In this document: positions 27,368 through 37,050 of the stretch, in pieces
How the letters are laid out: each line of letters starts with the position of its first letter
How positions within the stretch are numbered: position 1 is the first letter of the stretch
NCBI GenBank assembly: GCA_050250375.1
Contig: JBFWOS010000001.1
Location: 27,346 to 91,345, forward strand
Source: Candidatus Omnitrophota bacterium
GTDB taxonomy: Bacteria > Omnitrophota > Gorgyraeia > Zapsychrales > Zapsychraceae
Direction: 5' to 3'
Length of the DNA stretch: 64,000 nucleotides
Translations under genes and position numbers: made by a program
The notes under the pieces: model-generated
The model's database searches: none
What the model saw: only the letters and a program-made list of their open reading frames with translations
What the model was told of the DNA's origin: nothing

Positions 27368-29557
27368 TTACGGCCTGTCCCAATGTTCCTGGCCTTGGAC
27401 CGAGGTGTATTCTTTCTGGATTTGGGTGATGATTTTCTGAAAATCATTTTGTGACAAGTTGTTTCTGATTCCTGTGCCTGTGATGACACCTCTTCTTACC
27501 CGGTAGTCAAAGTCCTTGTATAAACTCGTGAATGCGACGTCCTTAAGCCACGCCGGCGGATAATAGGTCGTCGGTTTGATATCATTGATCTTAAGCCGCC
27601 AGGGTACGGTCGAAAAATTGCGGTGCTGAAGTTGAATAATCTCCGTCCAGGGGTTGATCTGCCATTGCCGCGTGTTGAACACATAGTCGTAAAGCCGCTC
27701 GGTGTTCGCTTGTGAGACCGGCACCAATTCCTGCAAAATACCCTGGCTGCTCGTCAGTTCACGGTCCATGGCCGCGTTAAAGACCGCCGGGGCCGTATCA
27801 TAATTGGAGGCTTTGATCGCGCGTTTGGCCGCCTCGATCCCGATGATATTCGACGGTATGTCTTCCGGTGAAAAGGACGAATTGTCCATGCCCATGCCAT
27901 CGACCCTCCAGGTCGACAACTCGTGCGCAATACCTTCGGCATATGCGATCGCGCCGGCGAGTTCCAGCATCGCTTCCTGGCCATACGGCTCGCGCGTGAC
28001 CAGGACCGAACCATCGTAAAGGTTCATACACATGTGCCCCGTGTTGAGCCCGTCAAAAATGAACTTCGTCATGTCCGCGTTGTCCCTGACATGTCCCAAA
28101 TCCACAAATCCGGCATTGAGTGTATAAAGAAATCCCGCTCTTGCCCCGCGCAAGTTCACCCCGTCGGCCGCCCATCCGGTCAAGCCCTCGCCTGTGCGAG
28201 CGTAGTAATGGCGCTCAATCTTGGCCGGATCCTGCGCGTCTGTTCCCAATATGCAGCAGCTGCGCTTATTAGGTTCAGCATCGGACGCGTTGTGCAGACC
28301 GGCGCATTGTTCCAGGCAATACAGGGCGCCGCGCCGCATGGGACCGCCGGCATGGGCCAGGCCGCACATGTCGCCGTTGGCGCGCTTGAGCATGTCGCTG
28401 GTCGGGTTTTCGCCGTCGCGTTTGCCATCGAACCAGTGAATCACTTTATAATCTTTGCCTGACTTATCGATCCGGTACAAAAGCCCGCTCTTGGGCCCTT
28501 TGGCGGAATAACTGTCAACGGCGGCCCCGTAAATATATCCGTCGGCGCCTTCCACCACCTGCGCGGACGGCAACACGCCGTTTCTCATGTCAAATTTATG
28601 CAGGACGTCCAGTTTCTTGGTGCGCGGGTCGAACTTGTATAAAACGCCGTATCCCCTGTTTCTGGAGTAACCGCCTGCCGCTGTTGTCCCATAGAGATTC
28701 CCGTCGCTGGCGCTCATGAGGCTCACCGGGCCCGAACCGTCCGCGGCATTGAACACATGGACCGTTTGAATATTCCGGGACCCCGGAGCCGTCTTATAGA
28801 TCGTCCCGTGAATGGTTTCGTCGGTATTTCCGGTGTAGGTGGTTCCGTACAACATCCCGTCCTGGCCCAGCGTCAGCGCGTTGGGATAAACACCGCCCTG
28901 CTTGTCCCCGAAATAATACAGCGCAAAGACCGGTTCTTGCCCGCCGTCCAGACGGTAGATCATGCCCCGTTTTTGATTATGCGTATAGGTGGTGACCCCG
29001 TACATCCTGCCGTCGGCCAGCACTAAACCCGTTTGCGGATACGATGGCCATGAATTCATGATCTGCTGCTTGGTATATTTCTCCGGAGGGGGCAAGGGGG
29101 GCAGTTTTCCATTTTTGAAACTGGCCTCGGTGCGGACTCCTTTATTTCCGGGGCTTACCGTGAAAATGGTGCCGGTATTAAGTTCACCGCCCCCGTAGGT
29201 CGTACCGTAAAACAACACGCCGCCCGGCCCTTTGGCCAATCCGCTCCTGGGTGAACTTCCGTCGGTGCCGTTAAAACTGTGGATGACCTGGGTCTCTCCC
29301 CGCGGGGTCACCCGGAACACCGTGCCGTGGCCGTATTCCCCGCCGCCGGGGGTGGTGGAATAAAGATTGCCTTCCCTGTCTTCGACGATGGCGTTTGGTT
29401 CTTCCGGCCAGATGGGGCCGTTCTCCCGTTCATCCTCGGCAAACCTGGCTTTCAGTTTAAAGGTCAGTTCGAGCGGCTGCGGCCCTTGTTGTTCCTGGGT
29501 AAAAGCGGGGGTGGTGAAAAGGAACGTGAACAAGAGAAAGGGAATAAGTGATTTCAT
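27368..29557 (-). CDS. Secreted beta-propeller (GloVer-type tandem repeat) protein with C-terminal DUF4056-like domain
   Basis: Signal peptide; repeated GNLYGTT..GG...GTIF...HSF..DG..P units; YTLNAGFVDLGHVRDNAD, HE and SSFSPEDIPSN.IG motifs. Confidence 0.8.
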   Translation of the reverse strand: MKSLIPFLLFTFLFTTPAFTQEQQGPQPLELTFKLKARFAEDERENGPIWPEEPNAIVEDREGNLYSTTPGGGEYGHGTVFRVTPRGETQVIHSFNGTDGSSPRSGLAKGPGGVLFYGTTYGGGELNTGTIFTVSPGNKGVRTEASFKNGKLPPLPPPEKYTKQQIMNSWPSYPQTGLVLADGRMYGVTTYTHNQKRGMIYRLDGGQEPVFALYYFGDKQGGVYPNALTLGQDGMLYGTTYTGNTDETIHGTIYKTAPGSRNIQTVHVFNAADGSGPVSLMSASDGNLYGTTAAGGYSRNRGYGVLYKFDPRTKKLDVLHKFDMRNGVLPSAQVVEGADGYIYGAAVDSYSAKGPKSGLLYRIDKSGKDYKVIHWFDGKRDGENPTSDMLKRANGDMCGLAHAGGPMRRGALYCLEQCAGLHNASDAEPNKRSCCILGTDAQDPAKIERHYYARTGEGLTGWAADGVNLRGARAGFLYTLNAGFVDLGHVRDNADMTKFIFDGLNTGHMCMNLYDGSVLVTREPYGQEAMLELAGAIAYAEGIAHELSTWRVDGMGMDNSSFSPEDIPSNIIGIEAAKRAIKASNYDTAPAVFNAAMDRELTSSQGILQELVPVSQANTERLYDYVFNTRQWQINPWTEIIQLQHRNFSTVPWRLKINDIKPTTYYPPAWLKDVAFTSLYKDFDYRVRRGVITGTGIRNNLSQNDFQKIITQIQKEYTSVQGQEHWDRP

Positions 29558-29761
29558 AGGCTCATCGGGGTTTCGGCGTGTTTTCCGCACAATTCTTTGA
29601 TCCTTGATCGGTTGGGGTGCAAAAAATTATTTGATCTGTCCCTTTTTGGGAACAGTCCCGTTCTCCGTTCTTTTGGGGGACCCATATAGCCGCCAAACAC
29701 TTCATACCGGAACGTTTGATTTTGACTGACCCACCAGTAAAGCGCATTGTTTTTGAGATGC

Positions 29762-30103
29762 TTAACTTTTGTTTAATTGTATCCACTTAAATTTCAGATG
29801 TTCGGAGAAACGACACCACTTTTTCCCTGTCTGTTCAATCCATTTCTGCGGGGACAAGACAAAATAATTGTTCCCCGCATAATTTCTAAACTGGTCGAAT
29901 TCGACCAGTTTAAAATCCGGGTTGTTTAACTTTTCCCACAGCCCTAAAAAGTCTATTGTACTTCTGCTGCGCATCCAGTTCTTAACGATGTCTGCCGGAG
30001 CGTCGCTATCGCGGTATTTCGCGATATCTGTTAAAGAAATGTAATCTAATTGTTTTATTAAAATTACCGATATCTCTTTACCTTGAACATCCAGCTTAAT
30101 CAT
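29762..30103 (-). pseudogene. KilA-N-domain gene, 3'-truncated
   Basis: DYISLTDIAK...VKNWMRSRSTIDFLGLWEKLNNPDFK.VEFD.F...LSPQKWIE; similarity stops after KWIEQTG. Confidence 0.82.
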
Positions 30104-30142
30104 TTTAGATCCTCTCTTTAATCGGTTAAGAGAGGAATCGAA

Positions 30143-30455
30143 GGGGATGAATATCTTTATACCATGCATGCGTGTGGGAGTCAATAAAACGTTCAATAAG
30201 GATCTTTTATAACCGGTTAAATACACTCAATTGCCTGAGTTTTTTAAAAAGGATTTTGTAGGTGGAAGGTAAGTTGGATTTTGGCATAATAAATTTTTTC
30301 TTTCACCTTAAACTTTAAACCTTAAACCCCTCGGTCCTGTTTTTTCTGGATATTTCTTCCTTCTTTCTTCTTACCTCTTACTTTCTTTCAGTTCTTTCCT
30401 TAATCCCAGATCCCTGTGCCCTGATCCCTAAGATAGGGCGCTGTCCCGTATCTTA
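30143..30455. repeat. Repeat A3 (about 300 bp, includes a promoter)
   Basis: Near-identical to 31655-31946; right part homologous to A1/A2. Confidence 0.92.
30156..30184 (-). promoter_or_regulatory. sigma70-type promoter upstream of the KilA-N gene
   Basis: TTGACT-17-TATAAA with extended -10 TG; identical copy at 31668-31696 upstream of the Bro-N gene. Confidence 0.75.
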
Positions 30456-30456
30456 C

Positions 30457-30687
30457 TTATCCCTTATCCCTTTTAAATATTTCTCCCACCCGATACCTCA
30501 CCTCCCCGCCGCAGGCGTTTAGGGCGCGCACGATCTTCTCCTGGATATTGGGAGACACCGGACGCCCCGCGCGCGCTTTACGCACCTGCTTGAACGTCAG
30601 CTGCTCGGTAGAGGCCTTGACAAGATCCTCATTCGTCAGCCCGCGCTCGGTTAAAATGATATCGATGGGTTGGGGTTCAGTTGTCAT
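30457..30687 (-). CDS. Small hypothetical HTH-like protein
   Basis: 76 aa; LTNEDLVKASTEQLTFKQVRKARAGR helical pattern. Confidence 0.7.
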   Translation of the reverse strand: MTTEPQPIDIILTERGLTNEDLVKASTEQLTFKQVRKARAGRPVSPNIQEKIVRALNACGGEVRYRVGEIFKRDKG

Positions 30688-30706
30688 GATTAATCAAAAA
30701 ACCGGG

Positions 30707-31576
30707 TTACGGTGTGTGTTCCTGGATCTGCTTCTTACCCAACTTCTTACTCTGAGAAGTTTCAAGATAGTTGTCGTTGCTCATAATCTTCTTACCCGTT
30801 TTATGCTCCAGGTCTACGCGGGCTTTACCGGCGACACTGCCGCCGTCAATAGCGGCTTCTTTATTCTGTGTAAATCCCTGAGTATCTTTGCTACGGGTGA
30901 TGGCTACCGTCGATGCCTCCCCCAGCATGGAAAAAATCAACTCAAGATCATTCATATGATCCCGTAAATTCTCGCGTTCCAGGCCTTTGAGTTTTTTATA
31001 TTCCGACGGAGTAACGCCAAAAGCGGCTTTGGAAATCTCCGCGGTTAAAATCGCGTATTCCCCCTGATTTTTGATCCCCCGATTGTTCCATTCATCGGTC
31101 AGCTCTTCCCGAACAGCTATCCCGCGCACCCGCTTTTCGATCCAGGCATCCGAATACCCCTTGGCCTTATAGATGGCCCGCATTCTCTTCATCGCCAATT
31201 CCGGATCCTCAATCTCCTGAATCCGTTCATACCCGACCCTGGCCAGCCAGCGTTTGAAGGGTTCGGCCTTATGAGACGGGATGGATTGAATAATACGAAA
31301 AATGCCTTCCGTATTAGCGCAGTCCGTTGGGTATGATTTACCGTCAGAGGCAGGCAACTTCAGTTGGTGACAAATTGTCACCAACTCACTACCTTCTTCT
31401 CTTAACCTCTGGGCCAATTTGTTCCAATATTTCCTTGCCTTCTTGATATCTGATTGATCCGTTAAGACTTGCACTACATCAACCACCGAAAACCACCACT
31501 CATTGTTGTGAATGACTTTCCGGATCTTTGTTCCTTTAAAAACAGCGATTTTTGTTAAAGACATTTCGTTGGACAT
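30707..31576 (-). CDS. Bro-N domain (antirepressor-like) protein
   Basis: IRKV...EWWFSVVDVVQVLT...RKYWNKL..RL..EGSE...QLK..ASDGK; RIIQSIPS.KAEPFK.WLA; NLRDHM. Confidence 0.92.
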   Translation of the reverse strand: MSNEMSLTKIAVFKGTKIRKVIHNNEWWFSVVDVVQVLTDQSDIKKARKYWNKLAQRLREEGSELVTICHQLKLPASDGKSYPTDCANTEGIFRIIQSIPSHKAEPFKRWLARVGYERIQEIEDPELAMKRMRAIYKAKGYSDAWIEKRVRGIAVREELTDEWNNRGIKNQGEYAILTAEISKAAFGVTPSEYKKLKGLERENLRDHMNDLELIFSMLGEASTVAITRSKDTQGFTQNKEAAIDGGSVAGKARVDLEHKTGKKIMSNDNYLETSQSKKLGKKQIQEHTP

Positions 31577-31621
31577 AAAAATTTCCCCTTTCTTTTTTTG
31601 GCGTTGTATGGGGAAGAGCGA

Positions 31622-31650
31622 GTAGGGAACGGTTCAAAACCGTTCCTTAC
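31622..31650. repeat. REP-like palindrome
   Basis: GTAGGGAACGGTTCAAAACCGTTCCTTAC, located between the duplicated promoter and the Bro-N gene. Confidence 0.8.
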
Positions 31651-31654
31651 TATA

Positions 31655-31946
31655 GGGGATGAATATCTTTATACCATGCATGCGTGTGGGAGTCAATAAA
31701 ACGTTCAATAAGGATCTTTTATAACCGGTTAAATACACTCAATTGCCTGAGTTTTTTAAAAAGGATTTTGTAGGTGGAAGGTAAGTTGGATTTTGGCATA
31801 ATAAATTGTTTATTTTACGTTAAACGTTTAACCTTAAACCCCTCGGTCCTGTTTTTTCTGGATATTTCTTCCTTCTTTCTTCTTACTTCCTATTCTTTTT
31901 TTTCACAGATCCCTGATCCCTAAGATAGGGCGCTGTCCCGTATCTT
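31655..31946. repeat. Repeat A4
   Basis: Direct copy of A3. Confidence 0.92.
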
Positions 31947-32028
31947 GTCGAAAAGGGGGGCAAAGGTGTACGTCCCTTTTTTATAAGCATAACGGTCATT
32001 CCTATCCCTTATCACTTATCCCTTTTCA

Positions 32029-33054
32029 CTACACCCGCCAGGCATATTTCCCTTCCAACAATAAATTATTCAAATACACATCCGTCGCCGGATCAGGTTC
32101 GTCCCCTTGCGGGATAAAGACATCCGCGAGGTACCGGGCATATTTATCGGGGCGGCTGGAGCGCATCACGATCAGCGCTGACTCCTTTAACAGCGACTGC
32201 ACAAACACCTTGGCCGCGTCCCCCTCTTTCGTGCCGAGTTCCGGCGCGTCGATATCCCGCAGGCGCAGGGTTTCGGTGTGCTCAAGGCGGAACCCCAGAT
32301 CAATGCGGACCTTGAGTGTGTCAGCGTCCACCACCCGTTCAATCACCGCCGCGTACGTGAACAGGTCTTTGGTCCCGCGCTCACTGCGTTTGAGCGAATA
32401 GCGGTCGGCCGCAGGATCAAAAACACTTTCAACAATCTCATCCGCCTCGAATTTCGATACGGCGCGCGCCGAAAGACGCTTGTAGATGTTGAAACCCAGA
32501 TCCAGCAGCCACTCGCGTTCATCTTTGCCCGCGCCCAGCTGCGGCCGCTGCACCAGCCGGTACGTGTACAATTGCCCGCGGGCAGGCGTCAATAATTTTT
32601 GCGGGGGAGCCGATTCATTTTTAATCGCGGCCGGTGTTCCTCTTGTGGACTTGATCCTCGCGGCCAGTTCATCCGCGGACCAGGCATGCTCAATGACCTT
32701 CTGTTCAAACAGATCCCGCTCATCCTCGTCGGAAATAGCGATCAGTTTGCGGTAATGGGTCCAGCTGAATTGTGGGCGGCCGCCCACAATCTTCAGGCGG
32801 GGGTACGTCTGCACAAACCGCACACAGCGGTGCAGCGTTGATATTTCGATCCCAAGATCCTTGGATAATCGTTGGACAACCTCCGTCCCATACTCCGCGC
32901 GATCCTTATTTTGTTTAATGTGCGTCTGGATCAGGTTCCCCGTCTCCCAGTAAATCTTCACCTTCTCGGCTTCAATCTTCTGCTGGCCAAGGATCAGCGT
33001 CTGTTTGACTTTTTGAAAGAGGGATTTGTAGGTGGAGGGGAGTTTGGTGGTCAT
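32029..33054 (-). CDS. DUF1016/YhcG N-terminal domain fused to a thermonuclease (SNase-like) domain
   Basis: YWETG..I...RAEYG..VV.RLSKDL, SWTHY..L, WSADEL; C-terminal RVVDADTLKVRIDLGF...LRLRDIDAPE...DKYARYLADV. Confidence 0.85.
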   Translation of the reverse strand: MTTKLPSTYKSLFQKVKQTLILGQQKIEAEKVKIYWETGNLIQTHIKQNKDRAEYGTEVVQRLSKDLGIEISTLHRCVRFVQTYPRLKIVGGRPQFSWTHYRKLIAISDEDERDLFEQKVIEHAWSADELAARIKSTRGTPAAIKNESAPPQKLLTPARGQLYTYRLVQRPQLGAGKDEREWLLDLGFNIYKRLSARAVSKFEADEIVESVFDPAADRYSLKRSERGTKDLFTYAAVIERVVDADTLKVRIDLGFRLEHTETLRLRDIDAPELGTKEGDAAKVFVQSLLKESALIVMRSSRPDKYARYLADVFIPQGDEPDPATDVYLNNLLLEGKYAWRV

Positions 33055-33133
33055 TAAAAAACTTTCGTAATTTTTATTGAGGATTAGGCATTTAAAAGCG
33101 TTCTCAATCTATTATCGGAATAAATACATTCTA

Positions 33134-34198
33134 TCACTTATTAATATTTTTGATTCTTTCTTTACCAGAAGTGAGGTTATTTAACACTTCAAAAAAATAA
33201 GTCTTACCGACTCCTTTCGAATAGGAGGAAGAGTGAAATCTTACTGGAGTTGTAAAGATAAGCTGCGTTTCTGGGTGACTTCTCCAAAAAAGATAGGATG
33301 CAAAAGCTTGCATTTTACTGCATTGTGGAGCTATCGCAACGTCATATTGGTACTTTATAACATTAAACTCTTCCTCAAGTTTCGAGAGAATTTCCTCAAA
33401 AAACAGTGTCGAAACTTCAACTTCACGGATATGCCATCGAGAAAGTAACTCAGCATGAATCGATTTTGAGAACTCTGTTCTCCATTGTAAGTTTTTGTGA
33501 GGAGATCTTCCCCAAATGGCAATTAATGTACTTGGAGCATACTGATTTATGAGTCCTTCTATTCTATGGGGCTCATAGCCAACAAAAATAACCAAACAGG
33601 TCTGAGATCCAGGCCTAAAATTCCCACCGAACTCGGGCAATATTTGGACTTCCTTTAGGCCTGCACTTTGAAGATAATCAGTCGCCAAATCAAATCTTTT
33701 TTTAACCAATTCCTTTTCTATTTTCTCAATATCCACTTTCTTAGGAAAATAATCTTTTGCCTCTGTGCAAACGATTGATACTTTCATCCCAATGGATAAG
33801 CATGAGTGAATGGAATATATAGCCCACAAATGGGTCATGCCAGATATGTCTATTAAGACAGATTCGTACGCAAATTCTGTTCGAATTCGCTCGATTTCTG
33901 ATTTTATTTTGAAGCATGTTTGGATTGGGCTATTTGAATTTACTACTAACTCTTTAGGATCTTCTCCCTGGATAGATTTAATCAAGTGTTTAAGTTTCTT
34001 ATAGTTGGGTTCATTATCTTGTTTCTGGCTCTCGTAACGAAATAACAACCATCGACCGATCTTACATTTTGCCTTCTTTAGACTTGCCGTAAATTTTAAC
34101 GCACGCTCTTCAAAACCTGCAGCACAGATGACTAGGTCTTCTGTTAGAGGCTTTTTATAATTAAATTGTAATGCCGTTATTTTGATGTCGTTCATCAT
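33134..34198 (-). CDS. Hypothetical protein with tandem Rossmann/CARF-like domains
   Basis: Two similar halves: AGFEER...IDISGMT and VGYEPHR...IAPQCSK; 4-bp overlap with the upstream gene; AT-rich. Confidence 0.6.
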   Translation of the reverse strand: MMNDIKITALQFNYKKPLTEDLVICAAGFEERALKFTASLKKAKCKIGRWLLFRYESQKQDNEPNYKKLKHLIKSIQGEDPKELVVNSNSPIQTCFKIKSEIERIRTEFAYESVLIDISGMTHLWAIYSIHSCLSIGMKVSIVCTEAKDYFPKKVDIEKIEKELVKKRFDLATDYLQSAGLKEVQILPEFGGNFRPGSQTCLVIFVGYEPHRIEGLINQYAPSTLIAIWGRSPHKNLQWRTEFSKSIHAELLSRWHIREVEVSTLFFEEILSKLEEEFNVIKYQYDVAIAPQCSKMQAFASYLFWRSHPETQLIFTTPVRFHSSSYSKGVGKTYFFEVLNNLTSGKERIKNINK

Positions 34199-37050
34199 TT
34201 TTCCGGAAATAATGTGCCTTGCTGTGAGGCTACCTTCCCCTCAGCTAAATCTCGCAATTTTCTTCGATGTCGTTCAATAAACTTGGTAGGCTTTAGCAAA
34301 AGCTCTTCCAATCGATCCGTGCTTAGATATATATGATTTCTTACTCTATAAGTAATACCAAATGCAGGCGCGAATATCTTATTTAGGTCATATCGTCTTG
34401 ATAAGCCTATCTGAGCACGTGAAAATGTTACTCCCTCGTCTAACACTAATCCCCACTGAATTAACCCATCTAGAATTAATTTGGCTTCAGCGCTCAATGA
34501 ATCACCATCTAATCTTTCAAATGAAATGGTTTCATACCACCTATTTTCTTCCTCTGTCTTATATTCCACAAGATATCGTCTTGATAACTCACCTATCGAA
34601 CTTATAACTGAGAATAATGCATTACCCAAAGACGTATTGTCAACCTCACCCGGAATATTGGATAAAGCTTTGAATAGTGTCTTGGCATGAGTTCTCACGA
34701 CTACATCTTGATCTCTTAAAGAAACTTTTCCAGAACCGGGTTGTACGCTATTATGACTGAAAATTTGTTCGACCAACTCTAATAAAGTTCTTATGCTCCC
34801 ATGGGATATGCTTGAAATTATATTCCATCCGGCATAATAGGCTTTTCCCCGTGGAGGGCGTTTCTTTGTGGACTCTCCTTTTTTAGGTCTCCTAGCTCCT
34901 GGCTGACTTAACCCTCTCAGGAATTCTTCTGAGGATTGAGATTCCCCCAATATATTCACTATGCTTTCGTTAAAACCTGCCGACTTAAGCCTTGTATCAA
35001 TAACTCTGGCCATATACTTCGATAAATTCTTTGAAGTGTCTCGTTGAGTTTTTGTGGAGACTTCACCCAAATCAACATATGTTGCCTCATGCCTTGGATC
35101 AATGGCACGACCATCTGATGAATCTATCGTATACATGTATTTATCATATGTGATTTTAAAGCAGTGATTTTCTTGAACTGATCGTACTAATGAGTTTAGG
35201 ATTTTCTGCATTTCAAAATGCATATTACCTTGACTTGCATCATCAACCAAAATGAAAAACCTAGTACTTCGCAACTCGCCAAACAGCTGTTTTATTACAA
35301 AGAAAAAGGAATCCAAGTCTCTTTCATCAAAAAAATGACTAATTTTCCTTTCTCCAATCCTATACCAGTTAGCTATTATTGAACTCTCTTGCGCCACACA
35401 AACTGCAAGGATCTGATGAAATATGTTAATGGGATTTTCTGGGTCGACTAAAATTAATTTACCCAATCTTTCCTCAAGAAACTTAATTAAGAGTTGATAA
35501 TCATTAGGAATTTGAATTATGGGCCGCTTACTTACCGGATCGACACATTCTAAACCTTTCTTAATTTCCTCAAATGTTTTATTCCAAATCTTTAAAACTA
35601 AAATATGTTTCAATATTCTTTGAGTCTCTGGATCAAATATATCTTGACCAATGGCCTGTGGCGTAAACACCTTAAATTCTCCAAGTCTGCAAGTGAATAG
35701 AACACCAAATGAGTTCTGAAAATTATATCGAATTTGTTCAAGTCGTTCTCTAAGTTCTAGATCATCTTGGGATTGAATTATAACCTGTGGATTAAAAGCT
35801 AGTACTCTCAAATAATGAGATTTACCACAACCCCTAGGTCCGGAAATCAATGTATTTCCGAAGCGGGAAATGACATCAAACCTGGCTGCATCAGGCTCAA
35901 AAAGCTTATATAACTTACCTGCTGTAGGTATCCATTCTACACGTAACCATTCAAACGGCTTTTCAACTGGAACTTTAAAAAAATTTTCAGGCACTGAAGC
36001 TTCGGGCTGATTAAAAACACGCATTATTTCCTGGAATGAACTAAATTTATTCTCCATTAAATTCTGAAGGATGGAATACACCTTCTCACCCAATATATAT
36101 CTTGCGGGGTTTCCAGGACACTTCTCACATGCCAACAAGGCTACTTTTAGTAAATGATTTCTAAAATTCTCTAAGTCAGACTTGACTTCAAGTTGTGGCG
36201 ATGAAGAAGAAGGAATTCCAATAAAATCAATCAGCCAAAATTCTATATTTGACATCTCTACAGTTGAAACGCTTGTGAAATCAACCAAAATATTACGTTC
36301 GTGCAAATCTCCGTGTATTAATCCAGCTTTTTCAATCTCAGCCATAGCTCCACCGATTCTTTGTATAAATCGATCAAAAAATTTACTTGTTATATTCTCT
36401 TGAGATTTTAAAAATTCCAGAAATGTTTTTGCTGATACGGGAATATTTTCAAAAACCACACAATTCAGAACCACTTCTTTTCCCTCGGGCAACTCAATAT
36501 TCAATTCTCCCATTTCTATTACTTCGGGCAATGCTGGATGCTTTAATTTTGAGCGCATTACTAGAGCTCTTCTTAATTTCTCCCAAGAAACAGTTCCCGG
36601 CAAAAAAATCTTGAGAGTTCGGTCTCTGTCTAGCATTGTTTCTTTTGCTAGAAATGTATATGATGAGTTGCCTTTCCCAAGAAGGCTTTTAACCTCATAA
36701 CTATGTTTAAGTGGTTCACTAACTTTTTTGTCATCTGTTTTTACTGTTTTGCCAATAAGGAAATCTAAGGAAAATAGTTCAATAGTAAAATATTTATCGA
36801 TCCAATCGGCCAACTTAAACCCTTTATCTGTTCTAGTGATAATTCTATGCTTATCTAATAAATCTAACTCTGAGTCCAGTTGATCCCTACTTATTTCCAA
36901 ATTCTGCGCAATCTTACTTTCATTTTCATTCGGGAATTGATGCAAGTACAATAAAATTAAACGCTTAAAAGGATCACTCATCAAGGTAATTATATTCCCT
37001 TGACGCTCAGTACGTTTATTTGGTTCTTTCAAAATAATCCCAGAACTCAT
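34195..37050 (-). CDS. wHTH + Ser/Thr kinase + P-loop ATPase (ORC/CDC6-like) multidomain protein
   Basis: Kinase motifs LGKGNSS, LKIF, HGDLHERN, LIDF; Walker A GPRGCGKS; Walker B FFILVDD; N-terminal HTH-like segment. Confidence 0.8.
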   Translation of the reverse strand: MSSGIILKEPNKRTERQGNIITLMSDPFKRLILLYLHQFPNENESKIAQNLEISRDQLDSELDLLDKHRIITRTDKGFKLADWIDKYFTIELFSLDFLIGKTVKTDDKKVSEPLKHSYEVKSLLGKGNSSYTFLAKETMLDRDRTLKIFLPGTVSWEKLRRALVMRSKLKHPALPEVIEMGELNIELPEGKEVVLNCVVFENIPVSAKTFLEFLKSQENITSKFFDRFIQRIGGAMAEIEKAGLIHGDLHERNILVDFTSVSTVEMSNIEFWLIDFIGIPSSSSPQLEVKSDLENFRNHLLKVALLACEKCPGNPARYILGEKVYSILQNLMENKFSSFQEIMRVFNQPEASVPENFFKVPVEKPFEWLRVEWIPTAGKLYKLFEPDAARFDVISRFGNTLISGPRGCGKSHYLRVLAFNPQVIIQSQDDLELRERLEQIRYNFQNSFGVLFTCRLGEFKVFTPQAIGQDIFDPETQRILKHILVLKIWNKTFEEIKKGLECVDPVSKRPIIQIPNDYQLLIKFLEERLGKLILVDPENPINIFHQILAVCVAQESSIIANWYRIGERKISHFFDERDLDSFFFVIKQLFGELRSTRFFILVDDASQGNMHFEMQKILNSLVRSVQENHCFKITYDKYMYTIDSSDGRAIDPRHEATYVDLGEVSTKTQRDTSKNLSKYMARVIDTRLKSAGFNESIVNILGESQSSEEFLRGLSQPGARRPKKGESTKKRPPRGKAYYAGWNIISSISHGSIRTLLELVEQIFSHNSVQPGSGKVSLRDQDVVVRTHAKTLFKALSNIPGEVDNTSLGNALFSVISSIGELSRRYLVEYKTEEENRWYETISFERLDGDSLSAEAKLILDGLIQWGLVLDEGVTFSRAQIGLSRRYDLNKIFAPAFGITYRVRNHIYLSTDRLEELLLKPTKFIERHRRKLRDLAEGKVASQQGTLFPEK

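Noticed and set aside
20850-33054. Classical integron or prophage
   Set aside because: No tyrosine or serine recombinase, no convincing attC (RYYYAAC...GTTRRRY) sites and no phage structural genes. Antirepressor-like domains alone do not make a prophage.
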